64,000 nucleotides of DNA from Tubiluchus corallicola. Taxonomy: Eukaryota; Animalia; Priapulida. The position numbers and the translations under genes were made by a program. Positions 47,544 through 60,639 of this stretch are shown here, piece after piece. The stretch is taken from NCBI GenBank assembly GCA_030141605.1, contig JAQGDQ010000881.1, positions 1 to 64,000 on the forward strand, in the 5' to 3' direction. How positions within the stretch are numbered: position 1 is the stretch's first letter; every line of letters begins with the position of its first letter. The notes under the pieces are model-generated. The model did no database searches. It was not told where the DNA came from and saw only the letters and a list, made by a program, of their open reading frames with translations.

Positions 47544-48157
47544 AGGAAAACCGGACCCAATCTTAAACTGTAGATCAAAACAATCTACTCTTTCAAATAT
47601 TGAATGGAAACAAACTATTTTTTTCAAAAATGACTTACGTGAAAGAATTACGCACAAACACAATTTCACGTTCGCGCCACTAGTTCTTCGCTGTTACATG
47701 CACTTCGCCATCCGCTAGTTAAACGAGCACTAGCGCTTACATTTCGGAAACGCATTGCACAAAAACAGGTGCTGTACCTCTCAGTTAAGATGGGTTAGAT
47801 TGTGATAAGCTGCGCACGTTTGACAGCTCATGTGTGAACACAGCGGTAAATTTGAAATTTGAATTTTTATTTTAAAACTTACCTAGTTTTTGTACAACAC
47901 ACTGAATATCTTACAGTAGCACTGTACTTCAATTTTCGCTTTTGCAAACACGCGCAACACGCTAGTGGAATATTTTTGCTGTAGAAAATTATGTTTGTTT
48001 GTGATGTCATCAATAGTTCGGCTCGACCGCCGTTAATTAAGTTTTTAATCTATTATTTAATTATCAGAAACGCTTTTGCAGCATTAATTGTGTTAAAATG
48101 AATACTTTTGTCGGACTTGAAAATGGAGTAGTTTATGAAAAATCATCCTGTCTTCCT
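47544..48157 (-). mobile_element. Kolobok-like non-autonomous element (family B), apparently complete
   Basis: TTAA TSD (47540-47543, 48158-48161); imperfect TIRs AGGAAAACCGGA / TCCTGTCTTCCT. Confidence 0.8.
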
Positions 48158-48589
48158 TTAAGTGCCACTAAACAGTAGCTGGTGCTAGGTATGCCTACGT
48201 CTGCTATTACATGGCAATTTTGACTATGTGAGAAGCATCTAGAAATGATAGATTTAACGTGAAGTCAACGAATTACAAAATTTCTACAGTTTGCTTAAAA
48301 ATTCCGTTATTCTAATATTGTGTTTAACTGTGTTTGTCTAGAAATTAGTCATTCGATCAATTATGTTCAAATTTAAAGTGGTTACGTTGCTTTAATCTAC
48401 AGGATTACACCTTAAAATGTGTAAGTAATTAACATTAATTGAGTAAATAATTAATTTACAGATTTTTTTGGTTTTTAGATACGCATGTAAACTTGCCAGC
48501 ACGTAGTAGGTAAGCTGGTGGGTTACTTAGTTTGTAGAGTTTGCTGTATAAGTTAAAAAAAATTCTGAAGCACCTGGCGGGATGAGTGT

Positions 48590-48961
48590 GGATGTTAGTT
48601 TGTGATGTCATCAATAGTTGGGCTCGCCTGTCGTTAATTAAGATTTTGATCTGTTATTTAATTACTGAGAAATGCTTTTCCAGTATTAACTGTGTTGAAA
48701 TATATATAATTTTTATAGGACTTGAAAATGATGTAAGACAGGAAAAGTTATCCTATCTTCCTTTAAGGGGAAGGAAAAGAGAATTTTAAAGTAAATGAGC
48801 TTGTAAAATGAGCGCCCCCAAGCGTGAAGTGATCGCGATTTTAAATTGATTTTACTAATTACACGAGATGCTCATCACAATATTACTGCTGAAACTTTCT
48901 AACATTTTCTTCAAATGTTAAAATAAGCTCAGCTTCCCGAGTGACTTAGCTTTTGCTTTAA
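48590..48961 (-). mobile_element. Adjacent terminal fragments of families B and C
   Basis: 48590-48765 matches 18430-18580 inverted; 48805-48961 matches 21048-21210 inverted; both end in TTAA. Confidence 0.6.
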
Positions 48962-50011
48962 GTGACTCTGTACTCGTTCTATATAGATCCCAGCTAAACT
49001 ACAGAACGTCAAGGTAAAGTTTGAAAATGCTGAACTAAAACATTTATTTCACACAATTGTTGCAATCATCAGTTAATGCACTTAAACTAAATACTTTCGA
49101 ATTCTGCTTCTGCCTCCTCATCTTTTTCTTTAGGAAACCCGCAGCTTTCAGTATTTTATACATCATTCATTCATTGAAGCCAAGCTGGCACGGCTGAACT
49201 AACAACATCAATGCCAACCCTCTAATACTAGTAGAGAAACCCAACACCAGGGGGCATTAAATATTCAAAACTTGATGGGATAATCAATCATAAACTGCAG
49301 CGCCAATGCGTCCTGAATAGTCACGTGATATGCAATCCAGCTCTATTTAAAGAGATGTAATTGAGACATTTACCTGATGGAAGCCACGTCTAAAATTGCA
49401 CGTGTGGGGGATTATTAAAGTACAAGACAACAGTCTTGATACGTAGAGCTTAAAAAACTTCTTCTTGAATCTTTATATCACTTACATACTGGCTTTTTGC
49501 ATGTAGGACTTGCGTCGGTACTAACGCTGTATAAAACATGTAAATTTAATCTCCCGCATGACCGTTAAGCGCAGAAATACAATTCAAATTCATTTTTTAT
49601 TCCGGTAACTAAGACCATATAAAATACAAATACAAATACAAATGTAAAATACAAAATACAAATACAAATATAAAATACAAATACAGCACTAAAATGAAAT
49701 AAAACACAATGAAATAAAATAATAAAAATATTAGATGTTTAACCTGTAACTTACTTTGAAAATGTATCTTATTGTTACTGTTACTATAATTTTTAACGTT
49801 GTTTTTACAAATTAACATGTAAGCTGTTTATGTTACGAAAGTTTAATGCAATATCAGGGAATTGTATTTGTCAATTATTTCATCTAATGAAGTATTAGAT
49901 TAATCCATTAGCCCATTGAACTGTGAAGACATCTGTAAATTCACTTTAAATAAATAAAGTTTAAACGAAACTTAAAGTGAAAAAGTTTTGCAGTTTCCAC
50001 ACAATTTAAAT

Positions 50012-50946
50012 ACCCTAACCTTAACCCAAACTTAACACTAACCCTAATGCTAATCCTACGTTAGCCCAACTCTAACCCTAACCCTAATGCTAATCCTAAC
50101 CCTAACCCTAATCCAACCTTAACCCAACTCTAACCCAACCCTAACCTAACACTAACTCTAACCCTAACCCTACTCCTAACTCTAACCCAACTATAACCCA
50201 ACCCTAACCTAACACTAACGCTACTATAGTGCTAACCCTAACCCTACCCCTAACCCAACTCTTACCCTAACCATAACCCAACCCTAACCCTAACCCTTAT
50301 CCTAACCTCAACCAAACCCTAACCCTAATCCTAACCCAACCCTAACGCTAATGCTAATGCTAACCTTAATCCTAATCCTCACCCTATCCCACCCTAATCT
50401 AACCCAACCCTAACCTAACACTAACGCTAATATAGTGCTAACCCTAGCCCTAGCCCTACCCCTAACCCAACTCTTGCCCTAACCATAACCCAACCCTAAC
50501 GCTAACCCTTATCCTAACCTTAACCCAACTCTAACCCAACCCTAACCCAACCCTAACCTAACACTAACTCTAACCCTAACCCTACCCCTAACTCTAACCC
50601 AACTCTAACCCAACCCTAACCTAACACTAACTCTAACCCTAACCCTACCCCTAACTCTAACCCAACTCTAACCCAACCCTAACCTAACACTAACGCTACT
50701 ATAGTGCTAACCCTAACCCTACCCCTAACCCAACTCTTACCCTAACCATAACCCAACCCTAACGCTAACCCTTATCCTAACCTCAACCCAACCCTAACCC
50801 TGATCCTAACCCAACCCTAACGCTAATGCTAATGCTAACCTTAATCCTAATACTCACCCTATCCCAACTCTAACCCACCCTAACTTAACCCAACGCTAAC
50901 CGTAATGCAACACTAATCCAAACACTGATCATAACCCTAACCCTAA
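50012..50946. repeat. Degenerate interstitial telomere-like (CCCTAA)n tract
   Basis: CCCTAA with variants CCCAA, CTCTAA and CGCTAA; internal block duplications. Confidence 0.9.
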
Positions 50947-51084
50947 TATTCTTCACAAAGTAATTTCTTGTGTGTGGGTTATTGTTAACTTTAGCCACTA
51001 ATAGTTACTCAGCAAGAAAGTCTACCCTTTTCTAACTCTTTTAACTAACTTTAGTGTTACTTCTTTAGCTGATATTTGGACGCA

Positions 51085-52716
51085 ATGAGAGAGATGAACT
51101 ACAATCGTCCATCGTGTAGAGGTGGTTCAGAATCTGATGAAATTTGTCCAGATTCCTCCTCGATGGCCTACGAGACGTCTTGTGCCATGGCGTCGTCTTG
51201 TAAACACGTTCCACTGACCAGTTTACATCACAGTACAGCTTGCGGTGAGCAGAGGAGAGTTCTGTCAAGCGGAGGAGGCGCTAGGTTGGATCCCTTCTCT
51301 CCATATGCAACGATACCACTTCCCTTTCCTTATGGTAAGAAGCTCTTATTTATCTTAAAATACAAGAAAGACGTTTCATAAATAAAGCTTAAAAACTTCT
51401 CCTTGAAATTTAGTCATTAAGACGCCAGAAAAACACTGCTTAAATAAATCATGAAAAATTCGCCTTGAAATTTAGTCATTAAAGCACCAGAAAAACACTT
51501 CTTAAATAAAATTTCAAAAATTCGCCTTGAAATTTAGTTATTAAAGCGCCAGAAGAAACATTCTTAAACAAAACTTAAAAAATTCGATTTGAAATTTAGT
51601 CATTAAAGCGCCAGAAGAAACACTTCTTAAACAAATCTTGAAAAATTCGCCTTGAAATTTAGTCATTAAAGCGCCAGAAGAAACACTTCTTAAACAAATC
51701 TTGAAAAATTCGCCTTGAAATTTAGTTATTAAAGCGCCAGAAAAAACACTTCTTAAATAAAACTTGAAAAATTCGATTTGAAATTTAGTCATTAAAGCGC
51801 CAGAAGAAACACTTCTCAAATAAAACTTGAAAAATTCGCCTTGAAATTTAGTCATTAAAGCACCAGAAAAAACACTTCATAAATAAAACTTCAAAAATTC
51901 GGCTTGAAATTATATGCAGAGCTTGCCTTGGCAGTAACACTGTATAAAACTCATAAATTTAAACTCCAGCGATGACCGTTAGGTGCAGCCATTTTAACAT
52001 TGAAAAGTCGTTTGAAACACACAAAAAACTCTTTATAAATAAAGCTTAAAAACTTCGCCTTGAAATAGTGCATACACTAACATGGTGTCTTATTGCCTAC
52101 AAAGGTAGCATTAACAGTAACGCTGTATAAACCGATGTATGCTTTAAATTGTCTCGCGAAATTTTCTCATTGAACCACACGGGTCGTCACCCAAACGACC
52201 CACATTAAATGACGCTGCCTGTGACCTACTGACCGACTTCATGTTCTGTTTACATTCACTAAATGTTCTTCAATGGTGAAAGATTTCACCCGTGAAGCAC
52301 TTGACAAGTTTAATATTCAATATCCACTGGCTTCAGTTAACTTAGTACTTTTGCATTTTTTTAAATTCGCATGATTTTTAGGTATTCATCCGTTTGCGTT
52401 TGAACCAGCCTTTATCAGACGACGCAACGAGCGGGAGCGACAGCGAGTGCGTTGTGTGAACGAGGGTTATGCACGACTCAGGGATCACTTACCCATGAAA
52501 GACGCTGAAAAACGTTTAAGCAAAGTGGAAACCTTACGCAGTGCTATAGACTATATCAAACATCTACAAGACATTCTCAAGTCAGAAAACAGAAACAAAA
52601 CAGAGTTGAATAAAACGGAGCAAACTTTGGATGTGAAATACGAACCCCCTAGTCATGAAGCGATAGTCAAAGAGGATGACGCATATAACTATGTCAGCAC
52701 CAGCGACGAAGATTAA
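51085..52716 (+). CDS. Achaete-scute family b bHLH transcription factor (ASCL3/4/5-like), 2 coding exons, 194 aa
   Basis: join(51085-51334,52382-52716), GT-AG, frame continuous. bHLH EPAFIRRRNERERQRVRCVNEGYARLRDHLP...EKRLSKVETLRSAIDYIKHLQDIL. In-frame TGA upstream of ATG 51085. Confidence 0.93.
51390..51911. repeat. 63-bp minisatellite, about 8 copies, in the ASCL intron
   Basis: Unit ~AAATTCGCCTTGAAATTTAGTCATTAAAGCGCCAGAAGAAACACTTCTTAAATAAAACTTGAA. Confidence 0.92.
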
Positions 52717-53344
52717 AATAACACGAAATGGAATTACTACTAAAATTTTCATTTCATTTTGATTTTTTGCATTTTTTCCTGTTTTAAGATCTGCTAGTCC
52801 AAATCTAGTCAAACATCTAGTCATATATTACAAGCCTAGTCAATTTTACTTGAAAGCGCCATTTTGTTTTATTCATCTTGTTTTAAATTGTTTATTTTTT
52901 ATTTTTGTGAATTAAATTTTCCTCTAAAACATTCTCTTAGCTACTGTACTTTTAAATGAACCATTATACAATTACATATTGAAGAATAAAGTCTAATTTA
53001 TTTATTACTATTATTGTATATATTATATTGTATTGTAATATTGTATTTTGTATATTGTACGTACATAAAAATCTATAAAAAAACACTATTGATAAATGAA
53101 ATTGGTAAACAATAATTGTTTTTGCTAAAGTTGATTCTTTTGCGTCTTAGCCGGGGTTAACTCCTTCAGGACCGTTAAGGACGTATGGCACATCTAGTGC
53201 TATAGTATTTATACGTGTTTACCCTGTTTGCCTGGATACGCCCTGGCAAAGAGGTTTATGAATGAACATGCAAGCTTGCAGGATAAGCAGTATTTGGCAT
53301 CGTGCCCAATTACCCATGGAATTATGCAATTATACTTGCTTTAA

Positions 53345-53803
53345 CCCTTTCAGTCCCAAATTATTTTTTTAATAAGAATAATAGGCTTGGTACTTTTGTT
53401 CAGTATGTCCATCTTGTTTACACATAATATTTATTTTTTTTTCTACCTGTGCCCGCATGCTAAATATAGCCTGTATCCCACGGGATACATTGGGATTCAA
53501 TGGAAGCATAAAATGTGCTTCATTTTGCAACTGCTGATAATTTTTTAAAGTATTTAAGACATTTAGTATCCATGCTATGCTGATCTGTACAAAGTCGTCT
53601 CTAAAGTACTGTACCTTGCGCAGTTTTTTTTATGCTATGTAAATTTTCTAGTTTGCCATTTTATCACCATTTTTAGTCTATTGTTATTGGCTTAAAACAA
53701 AACAACTATTAACAGATCAAATAAATGTCAGTTTTAAAATTTTATTAATTTTAAAGGCAGAAAATATTCTCGCATCCAACGGTATACAACGGGTATGAAA
53801 GGG
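53345..53803. mobile_element. piggyBac-like MITE
   Basis: TTAA on both sides (53341-53344, 53804-53807); TIRs CCCTTTCA / TGAAAGGG. Confidence 0.75.
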
Positions 53804-54021
53804 TTAACAGGCTTCCTCTAAAAACTTTATAATGTTCGCCCAATCGTTTGTGATTTGAGTTAACACAGTAGCCCGTCAAGCGCTATGCTATCCTCCCATC
53901 TCCTTGTCTAGGATATCCTTGAGCACAAGTTAAATGGTATATCAGCTTATTTTATATTATTGTTTTAATCTAGTAATGTAAAAGAAACAATAATGTCATA
54001 GTTTTTGTCGACACGTTCATT

Positions 54022-54535
54022 CTTCTTCTTCTTCTTCTTCTTCTTCTTCTCCTTCCCAGCTTTTCCCATTCGGGGTCGCCGTTGTGAATGAGTCTTCTCC
54101 ACGCATTCCTGTTGTTGACCATCTCTTCATTTATGTCTTCCCTTCCCACATGATCTTCACCGACTCTTCTTTTCAGGTGTCCATACCATCGCAATCTTGC
54201 GACGCTTCCGCTACTTTTACTGTTCCTCTGATATTATTATTTCTAATTTTATCTCTTCTTGTTATTCCCACCATCCATCTCAACATCCTCATCTCCACCA
54301 CACCCATTTTCTTCTCTTCGGTCTTCTTTAGAGAAGCTGCTTCCAGCCCATAGATTAGAGCGGGTCTGACCACTTCTTTGTGGACTTTCCCTTTAAGTCT
54401 CACCGACTCATTCATAGAAGGTTTTGGCGCAGTTTTTATAGGCGGATGCCCTTCCTGACCCTAACCCTCCCTATTTATCCTGGCTTGAGACCGGCACTTA
54501 ATTGGGCTGGCTTCCCCCCCCCTCCAGTTCCTAGG
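54022..54535 (-). mobile_element. Bipartite non-autonomous RTE-derived retroelement, probably near full length
   Basis: Minus strand has an RTE 5'-UTR-type motif (GTCAGGAAGGGCATCCG), then RT C-terminal remnants (VRLKGKVHKEVVRPALIYGLE...EMRMLRWMVGITRRDKIRN), then a (GAA)n tail. Imperfect TSD tcgacacgttcatt / tcgacacggtcatt. Confidence 0.82.
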
Positions 54536-55155
54536 TTTTCTCGACACGGTCATTATCATTTACTAATCAGTTATAAAAAAAGTAGTTTGGACTTTATAAT
54601 GTAAGAGGCCAATATATCTCTTATATACTTAATATGATTTTAATACTATTACTTTCATACCGTCATTGTAAATATTATTATGTAAAAACCATGTAAATTA
54701 CTTCTAATAATTGTGCACATATTTTAATTCATCTATTCTTTGTTTCTATCTAGGTTACATCAAATTAGAAAGATGCTCCAACACAAACAACTTCCCGCGA
54801 ACCATATTTGGGTCGGAAACCTTGAGATAATATTTGAACTTGGGGCAAATTATGCACCAGTCTAGCTCTCCCGTCTTTTACCTCGAATATTAAAATAAAA
54901 AAAAATTAAAATCAGAAAAAGTTGTCGACACTAGCATTACTAGTTGTACTTTGCCTCAAGAAGTCTGTTTTAATTTATAGAAGCTTTATAAATTCACAGT
55001 AATTCATTTATACATCCATATGTAATCTTTGCACTCCATTATTATTATTAAGATGATTTATTTTCGAACACACCTGTACAATTAAGTTAGATAAGTGGTT
55101 CAATTAAAAGAAATTAGTTGACTAGTAGCAAAAGTAAAAATAAATGTTAAACACT

Positions 55156-55304
55156 GACAGCAACAGCAGCAGCTGCAACAACAACAACAACAACAACAAC
55201 GACAACAACGTCAACAATCACAACAACGACAACAATGACAACGACGACAACGAGAACAACAACAACAACAACAACAGCAGCACCAACAACAACAATCAAA
55301 ACAA

Positions 55305-55365
<61 letters not shown>

Positions 55366-55452
55366 AACAACAACAACAACAACGACGACGACAACGACAA
55401 CGACGACAACGACAACAACAACAACAACAACAACAAGAACAAGAACAACAAG
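55156..55452. repeat. (AAC)n/(GAC)n microsatellite
   Basis: Direct inspection. Confidence 0.95.
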
Positions 55453-55499
55453 CACGGATATTATTTACATACAAGAAGACAAAGCAATTAATTAAAAAA

Positions 55500-56495
55500 G
55501 ATTCTACATATTGTAATATTTCTCTCAATTGATAGTTTGATAAAAAATTAAAATTCCTGTTTCCTATACAACTTATACAATCTTTTGCCAAGTTTATTGT
55601 CGTTAGCTTAACTCGCATCTTTTACAATTTTACGAGATAGTACAAGAAAATTTCTAATTACATCTTCTAAATAAACATTATTTTCTATAACAATTTTATA
55701 CAAGTTTAAACCCATTATTGAGTTTACGTCATATAATGTATGTTTGGTCATAAAGTTAGTTGTCGAGTTAATACTATTTTTGCAACCTACATAGAATTTA
55801 AGAAACCGTTTTTCAAAGTGTTTACTGGGCTGAACGGCATCAGTAATATGAGACAAAATGTAAGTGTGAGTTCCATACGACTGTTTCCATAATTTACGGA
55901 TAGCTGTATTCCAAGCGGTATGAATAGAATGTATCTTTGAATTATTTAACCTCCAACCAGGGCCGGAACTAGATGTGGCAAACAGGGGGGGGCGCAAAAA
56001 ATTTCTGGGGGGGGGGGCGAGGTATCCGAAGTGGTTAAATAATGGTTAAGCCAATTTTTAACCCCTTTTATACTGCATGCAGGCCTATAATTAGCATGTG
56101 CGTACGACGGCGTAGTGGACAAAGCAATAATGAGAAAATTAACTCTCAGTTAACCTAACGTTATTAATGTGCCTCTAACTAAATTGTTATTTACAGAAAT
56201 TTATCACACACAAGTTTTAAGAAAATAATACACTGAAGCTACCAAACATTTTTTTACCTAATTCTAATTCATATTGAAAATGATTACATGCGAACTGCAA
56301 TTTTCACTGCAAAAAAATTATTTGTCCGATTTTGCAAGGGGGGCGCAAATTTTGACAGGGGGGGGGGTGCACGCGCCCCCCTCGCTCCCCCTAGTTCCGC
56401 CCCTGCCTCCAACTCTGGCAACCATAATATCCTAGACAATAGTTTGCAGTAGTTTACACTTTAAGACAGAACAAGCAAAGTTGCACATATACTAT
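55500..56495 (-). mobile_element. Non-LTR retrotransposon 3' fragment (RTEX-like), interrupted by a MITE
   Basis: YCLGYYGCQSWR|LNNSKIHSIHTAWNTAIRKLWK...THTYIL...KRFLKF reads through once the MITE is removed. Confidence 0.65.
55958..56405. mobile_element. hAT-type MITE with perfect 8-bp TSD
   Basis: TIRs CAGGGCCGGAACTAG / CTAGTTCCGCCCCTG; TSD CCTCCAAC at 55950-55957 and 56406-56413. Confidence 0.9.
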
Positions 56496-56617
56496 TAGCA
56501 TGAAATGAAATCGCCCCATTTACTAAGAATATCAGCATCTTGTGTTACGTCATCATCACATGTAATTATGTGACATAAATGAGTGATTTTATCTGTCCCG
56601 GTTAAAGGCGTATACGC

Positions 56618-57104
56618 CAGGCTGCATAAGATTATGGATATCCATAAAATAAAATTTGAAAAATCCGTAAAATAAGAAATGCATGAAATAAAAATATATT
56701 TTTTTTGTGATTTTCTGTACAAAATAAGGCAATCAAAACTGAATACAGGCATTGGATCTCAAACTTCAGCCTAGAGGGCATTCTACATTCGTACCAAATA
56801 GACGAATTATTTGAACTGAAGTGATGAATTACAAGGCATTGTCTCGTAAAATTTGATTAAATTTGAAGTGATATGAAACGATAAAATTAAAACGAAACCG
56901 ATAAAATTAAAACTAAGTCCTGCGTGTTTAAAAACACGTCTCAAGCACTCCTGTTTCTACTTTTTAATTGATTTCCCCCTGGGCATCTCGTTCCAGATAT
57001 AGTCTATTTCTTATTTTATTGATATCCATAAAATAAAATTTCAAAAATCCATAAAATAAGCTATTTTATTAATTTTATACATATCCATAATCTTATGCAC
57101 CCTG
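56618..57104. mobile_element. MITE (hAT-like termini)
   Basis: TIRs CAGGCTGCATAAGATTATGGATAT / ATATCCATAATCTTATGCACCCTG. Confidence 0.7.
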
Positions 57105-57869
57105 CGTATGCCTATTTATGGATATTCTCAGAATAAATTTAGTCTCGTTACTTGCAATATAAAATACGCGCCTATAATATATATTAAAAAATTCAATGCA
57201 AAAGGGCTTAAATAGAGGAATATGTTTTACCCAAGTAAGTTATTATTAATGCTTTAATAATCACAAATTGTCATAGGCATTCTTAAAATAGAGAACTGCA
57301 CATAAAACCAGCATTAATCACCCGAATTATTCATGATTACAAACCCACTTGAATTTGTAAGCTTGACTAAACATATGCAGAATAAATCCTGTGTTTCGTG
57401 TTTGTCTCACAGACGAAACCATTTTCATGCAGGGGGTGTTTCTCCCCCCAACAATATATGTTAGCGTAATAAATAAAATATTTTAAAATTGTTGAAGCGA
57501 AACAGAAAATTTGCAAAACTGAGTTGTATGAGATAATCAGTACAAAGGTTTTATTTCTTTGAAAAGAATGTCTTTGTTAACCGTCACTGTGAAACTTAAC
57601 ACCCTCCGTTTTGTCAATTTTGTTTCTGAAGCACGCAAAAAGGCTAGAAGCGAAATGGTATCGATCCGAAAAACAATTTAGTTTCAGCCAATCAAAATGC
57701 ACCGTGGGGCAGGTGTGCTGTGACGTCACGCAGCTGTTCAGCTATGAACTTGCAGGGACGAATTCATTATGATGATTATGTTAACAAAACTCATACTCGG
57801 GGGGCGTATCCAGTCAACTGAGATCACGCTACAGAACATATGTGAGGCTTTTTATTACAGGCAGTTATT

Positions 57870-58420
57870 CAATTATTTATTTATTTATTTATTAAATATA
57901 TCCACAATGATCATTACAGCATTGTACATAAAAGTATTTAATAACACATTTATTATTATGTGCACAGGATGCCAAGCTGCAAATGACCCGTGGGGTACTC
58001 AAGAAGTAATTACTTGTTTAGAGCACCCCAAATGAATGTGGACTGAGTGCAATAGAAAAGAGCAGTAAAGGAGTAGAAAGAAAGGTTAATAGAAAATAGA
58101 AAGAAAGAGAAAGATGTGATGGTATCTGTATGAAGTAACGTGAACTATAGAAATGTAAAAATTGACATAGCCAGCAACACAATGGATTCCGACAGGGACA
58201 GCAGTGTAATTAATCAAATTGATTTATTCTGTATAATTAGAAAAGATTTCACTTTTAAAATTTCTTTTGAAGTTATTTATAGATACAGAATTTTTTATGT
58301 ATTCGTTGATGTTATTCCAAAGTCTAGGCCCAGTGTTAGTGATGAAGTGCCTTGCCGCGTCAGTCCTGCAATACTTAATATGAAATTCATTAAATCTTGT
58401 TGAGTAATGTCTTACGTTAA
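57870..58420 (-). mobile_element. CR1/L2-group LINE 3' fragment
   Basis: HYSTR...YCRTDAARHFITNTGPRLWNNI...KNSVSINNFKRNFK remnant, 3' UTR and (AAAT)n tail. Confidence 0.75.
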
Positions 58421-59307
58421 TAGGTAACAATGTCTTACGTTAATAGATAACATTGTCTTACGTTAATAGATAACATTGTCTTACGTTAATAGATAACAAT
58501 GTCTTACGTTAATAGATAACATTGTCTTACGTTAATAGATAACAATGTCTTACGTTAATAGATAACAATGTCTTACGTTAATAGATAACATTGTCTTACG
58601 TTAATAGATAACAATGTCTTACGTTAATAGATAACATTGTCTTACGTTAATAGATAACAATGTCTTACGTTAATAGATAACAATGTCTTACGTTAATAGA
58701 TAACATTGTCTTACGTTAATAGATAACATTGTCTTACGTTAATAGATAATGTCTTACGTTAATAGATAACATTGTCTTACGTTAATAGATAACATTGTCT
58801 TACGTTAATAGATAACGATGTCTTACGTTAATAGATAACAATGTCTTACGTTAATAGATAACAATGTCTTACGTTAATAGATAACATTGTCTTACGTTAA
58901 TAGATAACATTGTCTTACGTTAATAGATAACAATGTCTTACGTTAATAGATAACATTGTCTTACGTTAATAGATAACATTGTCTTACGTTAATAGATAAC
59001 AATGTCTTACGTTAATAGATAACATTGTCTTACGTTAATAGATAACACTGTCTTACGTTAATAGATAACACTGTCTTACGTTAATAGATAACACTGTCTT
59101 ACGTTAATAGATAACACTGTCTTACGTTAATAGATAACAATGTCTTACGTTAATAGATAACAATGCCTTACGTTAATAGATAACAATGTCTTACGTTAAT
59201 AGATAACAATGTCTTACGTTAATGGATAACAATGTCTTACGTTAATAGATAACAATGTCTTACGTTAATAGATAACAATGTCTTACGTTAATAGATAACA
59301 TTGTCTT
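58406..59307. repeat. 23-bp minisatellite, about 39 copies
   Basis: Unit AWTGTCTTACGTTAATAGATAAC. Confidence 0.96.
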
Positions 59308-59334
59308 AATAGTTAAAGACATTAATAGCCAAAA

Positions 59335-59545
59335 GAGCACAACTTTATTAAATTTCTAATTCACTTGGTCAAAAATCATGTCAAACGTTTCGACAGAGCT
59401 ACTGCTGTCATCATCAGCGGCAAATTTTTACAAATATACAACCAGTTTATATAGGCAGAGAACATTATGCACTAATTAAGTATTTAACAGAAGCCAAATA
59501 GGTAATGACTAAGCAGATCAATAAAGAAATTGATGCAGTAAATTA
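59335..59545 (-). mobile_element. Solo Penelope pLTR-like fragment
   Basis: Homologous to 14520-14725. Confidence 0.7.
59378..59424 (-). ncRNA. Minimal type I hammerhead ribozyme motif (Penelope-associated)
   Basis: Minus strand: GCCG-CTGATGA-T-GACAG-CAGTAGCT-CTGTC-GAAAC-GTT-TGAC. Both core boxes, a 5-bp stem II and a palindromic AAACGTTT in place of stem III are present. Confidence 0.65.
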
Positions 59546-59596
59546 TGTACTAATTATGTACATAATTGTACATTAAAAACAAACATTAATGTCAAG

Positions 59597-59812
<216 letters not shown>

Positions 59813-60639
59813 TGTACATACGCATAATTAATTAAAATTAATATAATATAATAATAATAAACTAATAAAATTCTTTATTGCTGTTAAAATTACACGTCAT
59901 TGAACTGTAAACTACACATTCAAAAACTGATAGTGTAACCAGTGTTTCTACTGCTGTGAACAATCACTTATTTTGATACCAAATTTTAAGAATAAAAAAT
60001 GTGAAACGTTAGCTATGAACTTTGAACTATCACAATCACATTGGGATAGTGGTTATTGAGTCAGCCTTGTAAATCCACGATCCCTGGTTCAAATCCAAGA
60101 TAAGACCTAACTTTTTACATTTCTCTACTTTGATATCAAAATTTAAATAATTGTACCGTCATTGCTTGGAACAAATATTGAACCCGACCGTTACCATGGA
60201 AACGCGAAGGTAAGTAGGGCCGAATTAAGACCTCGGGAGCCCCTATGCACTGGAAAGATTATAGTATCTCCATATATGTGTAATTCAGAATAACAACATT
60301 ACTAAACTGTAAGATCAAATTTTATCTTTCGATATGAAAAACTTGCAGTAAGATTTATTTACATAGATGCTAAACCATCAGCTTTGTATTGCTTAAAAAG
60401 CAATTTTATCTTATTTTCAGTATCACCACATTTTATAACACTTTATATAAGCGCTATTATAACACTTGAAATACCTTATGACACATCATATAATCAATCA
60501 ATGTCATCATATGTGCAGTGAACAGCTCAGGCTGTTCAGTAGACACAATCTCGATGCCCATTTGTACTGTCATAAACACATAAACTGCAACACTTATTCT
60601 TGTATATTTCACTTTTTGATAATTAGTCGATTTGAAAAA

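Noticed and set aside
50012-50946. True telomere
   Set aside because: Degenerate and flanked by unique sequence on both sides.
55144-55618. Poly-N/T/V/C ORFs
   Set aside because: Translations of a trinucleotide microsatellite.
60042-60100. tRNA gene (A box TGGGATAGTGG, B box GGTTCAAATCC)
   Set aside because: No complete cloverleaf; at most a decayed SINE head. The same applies to 37703-37770.
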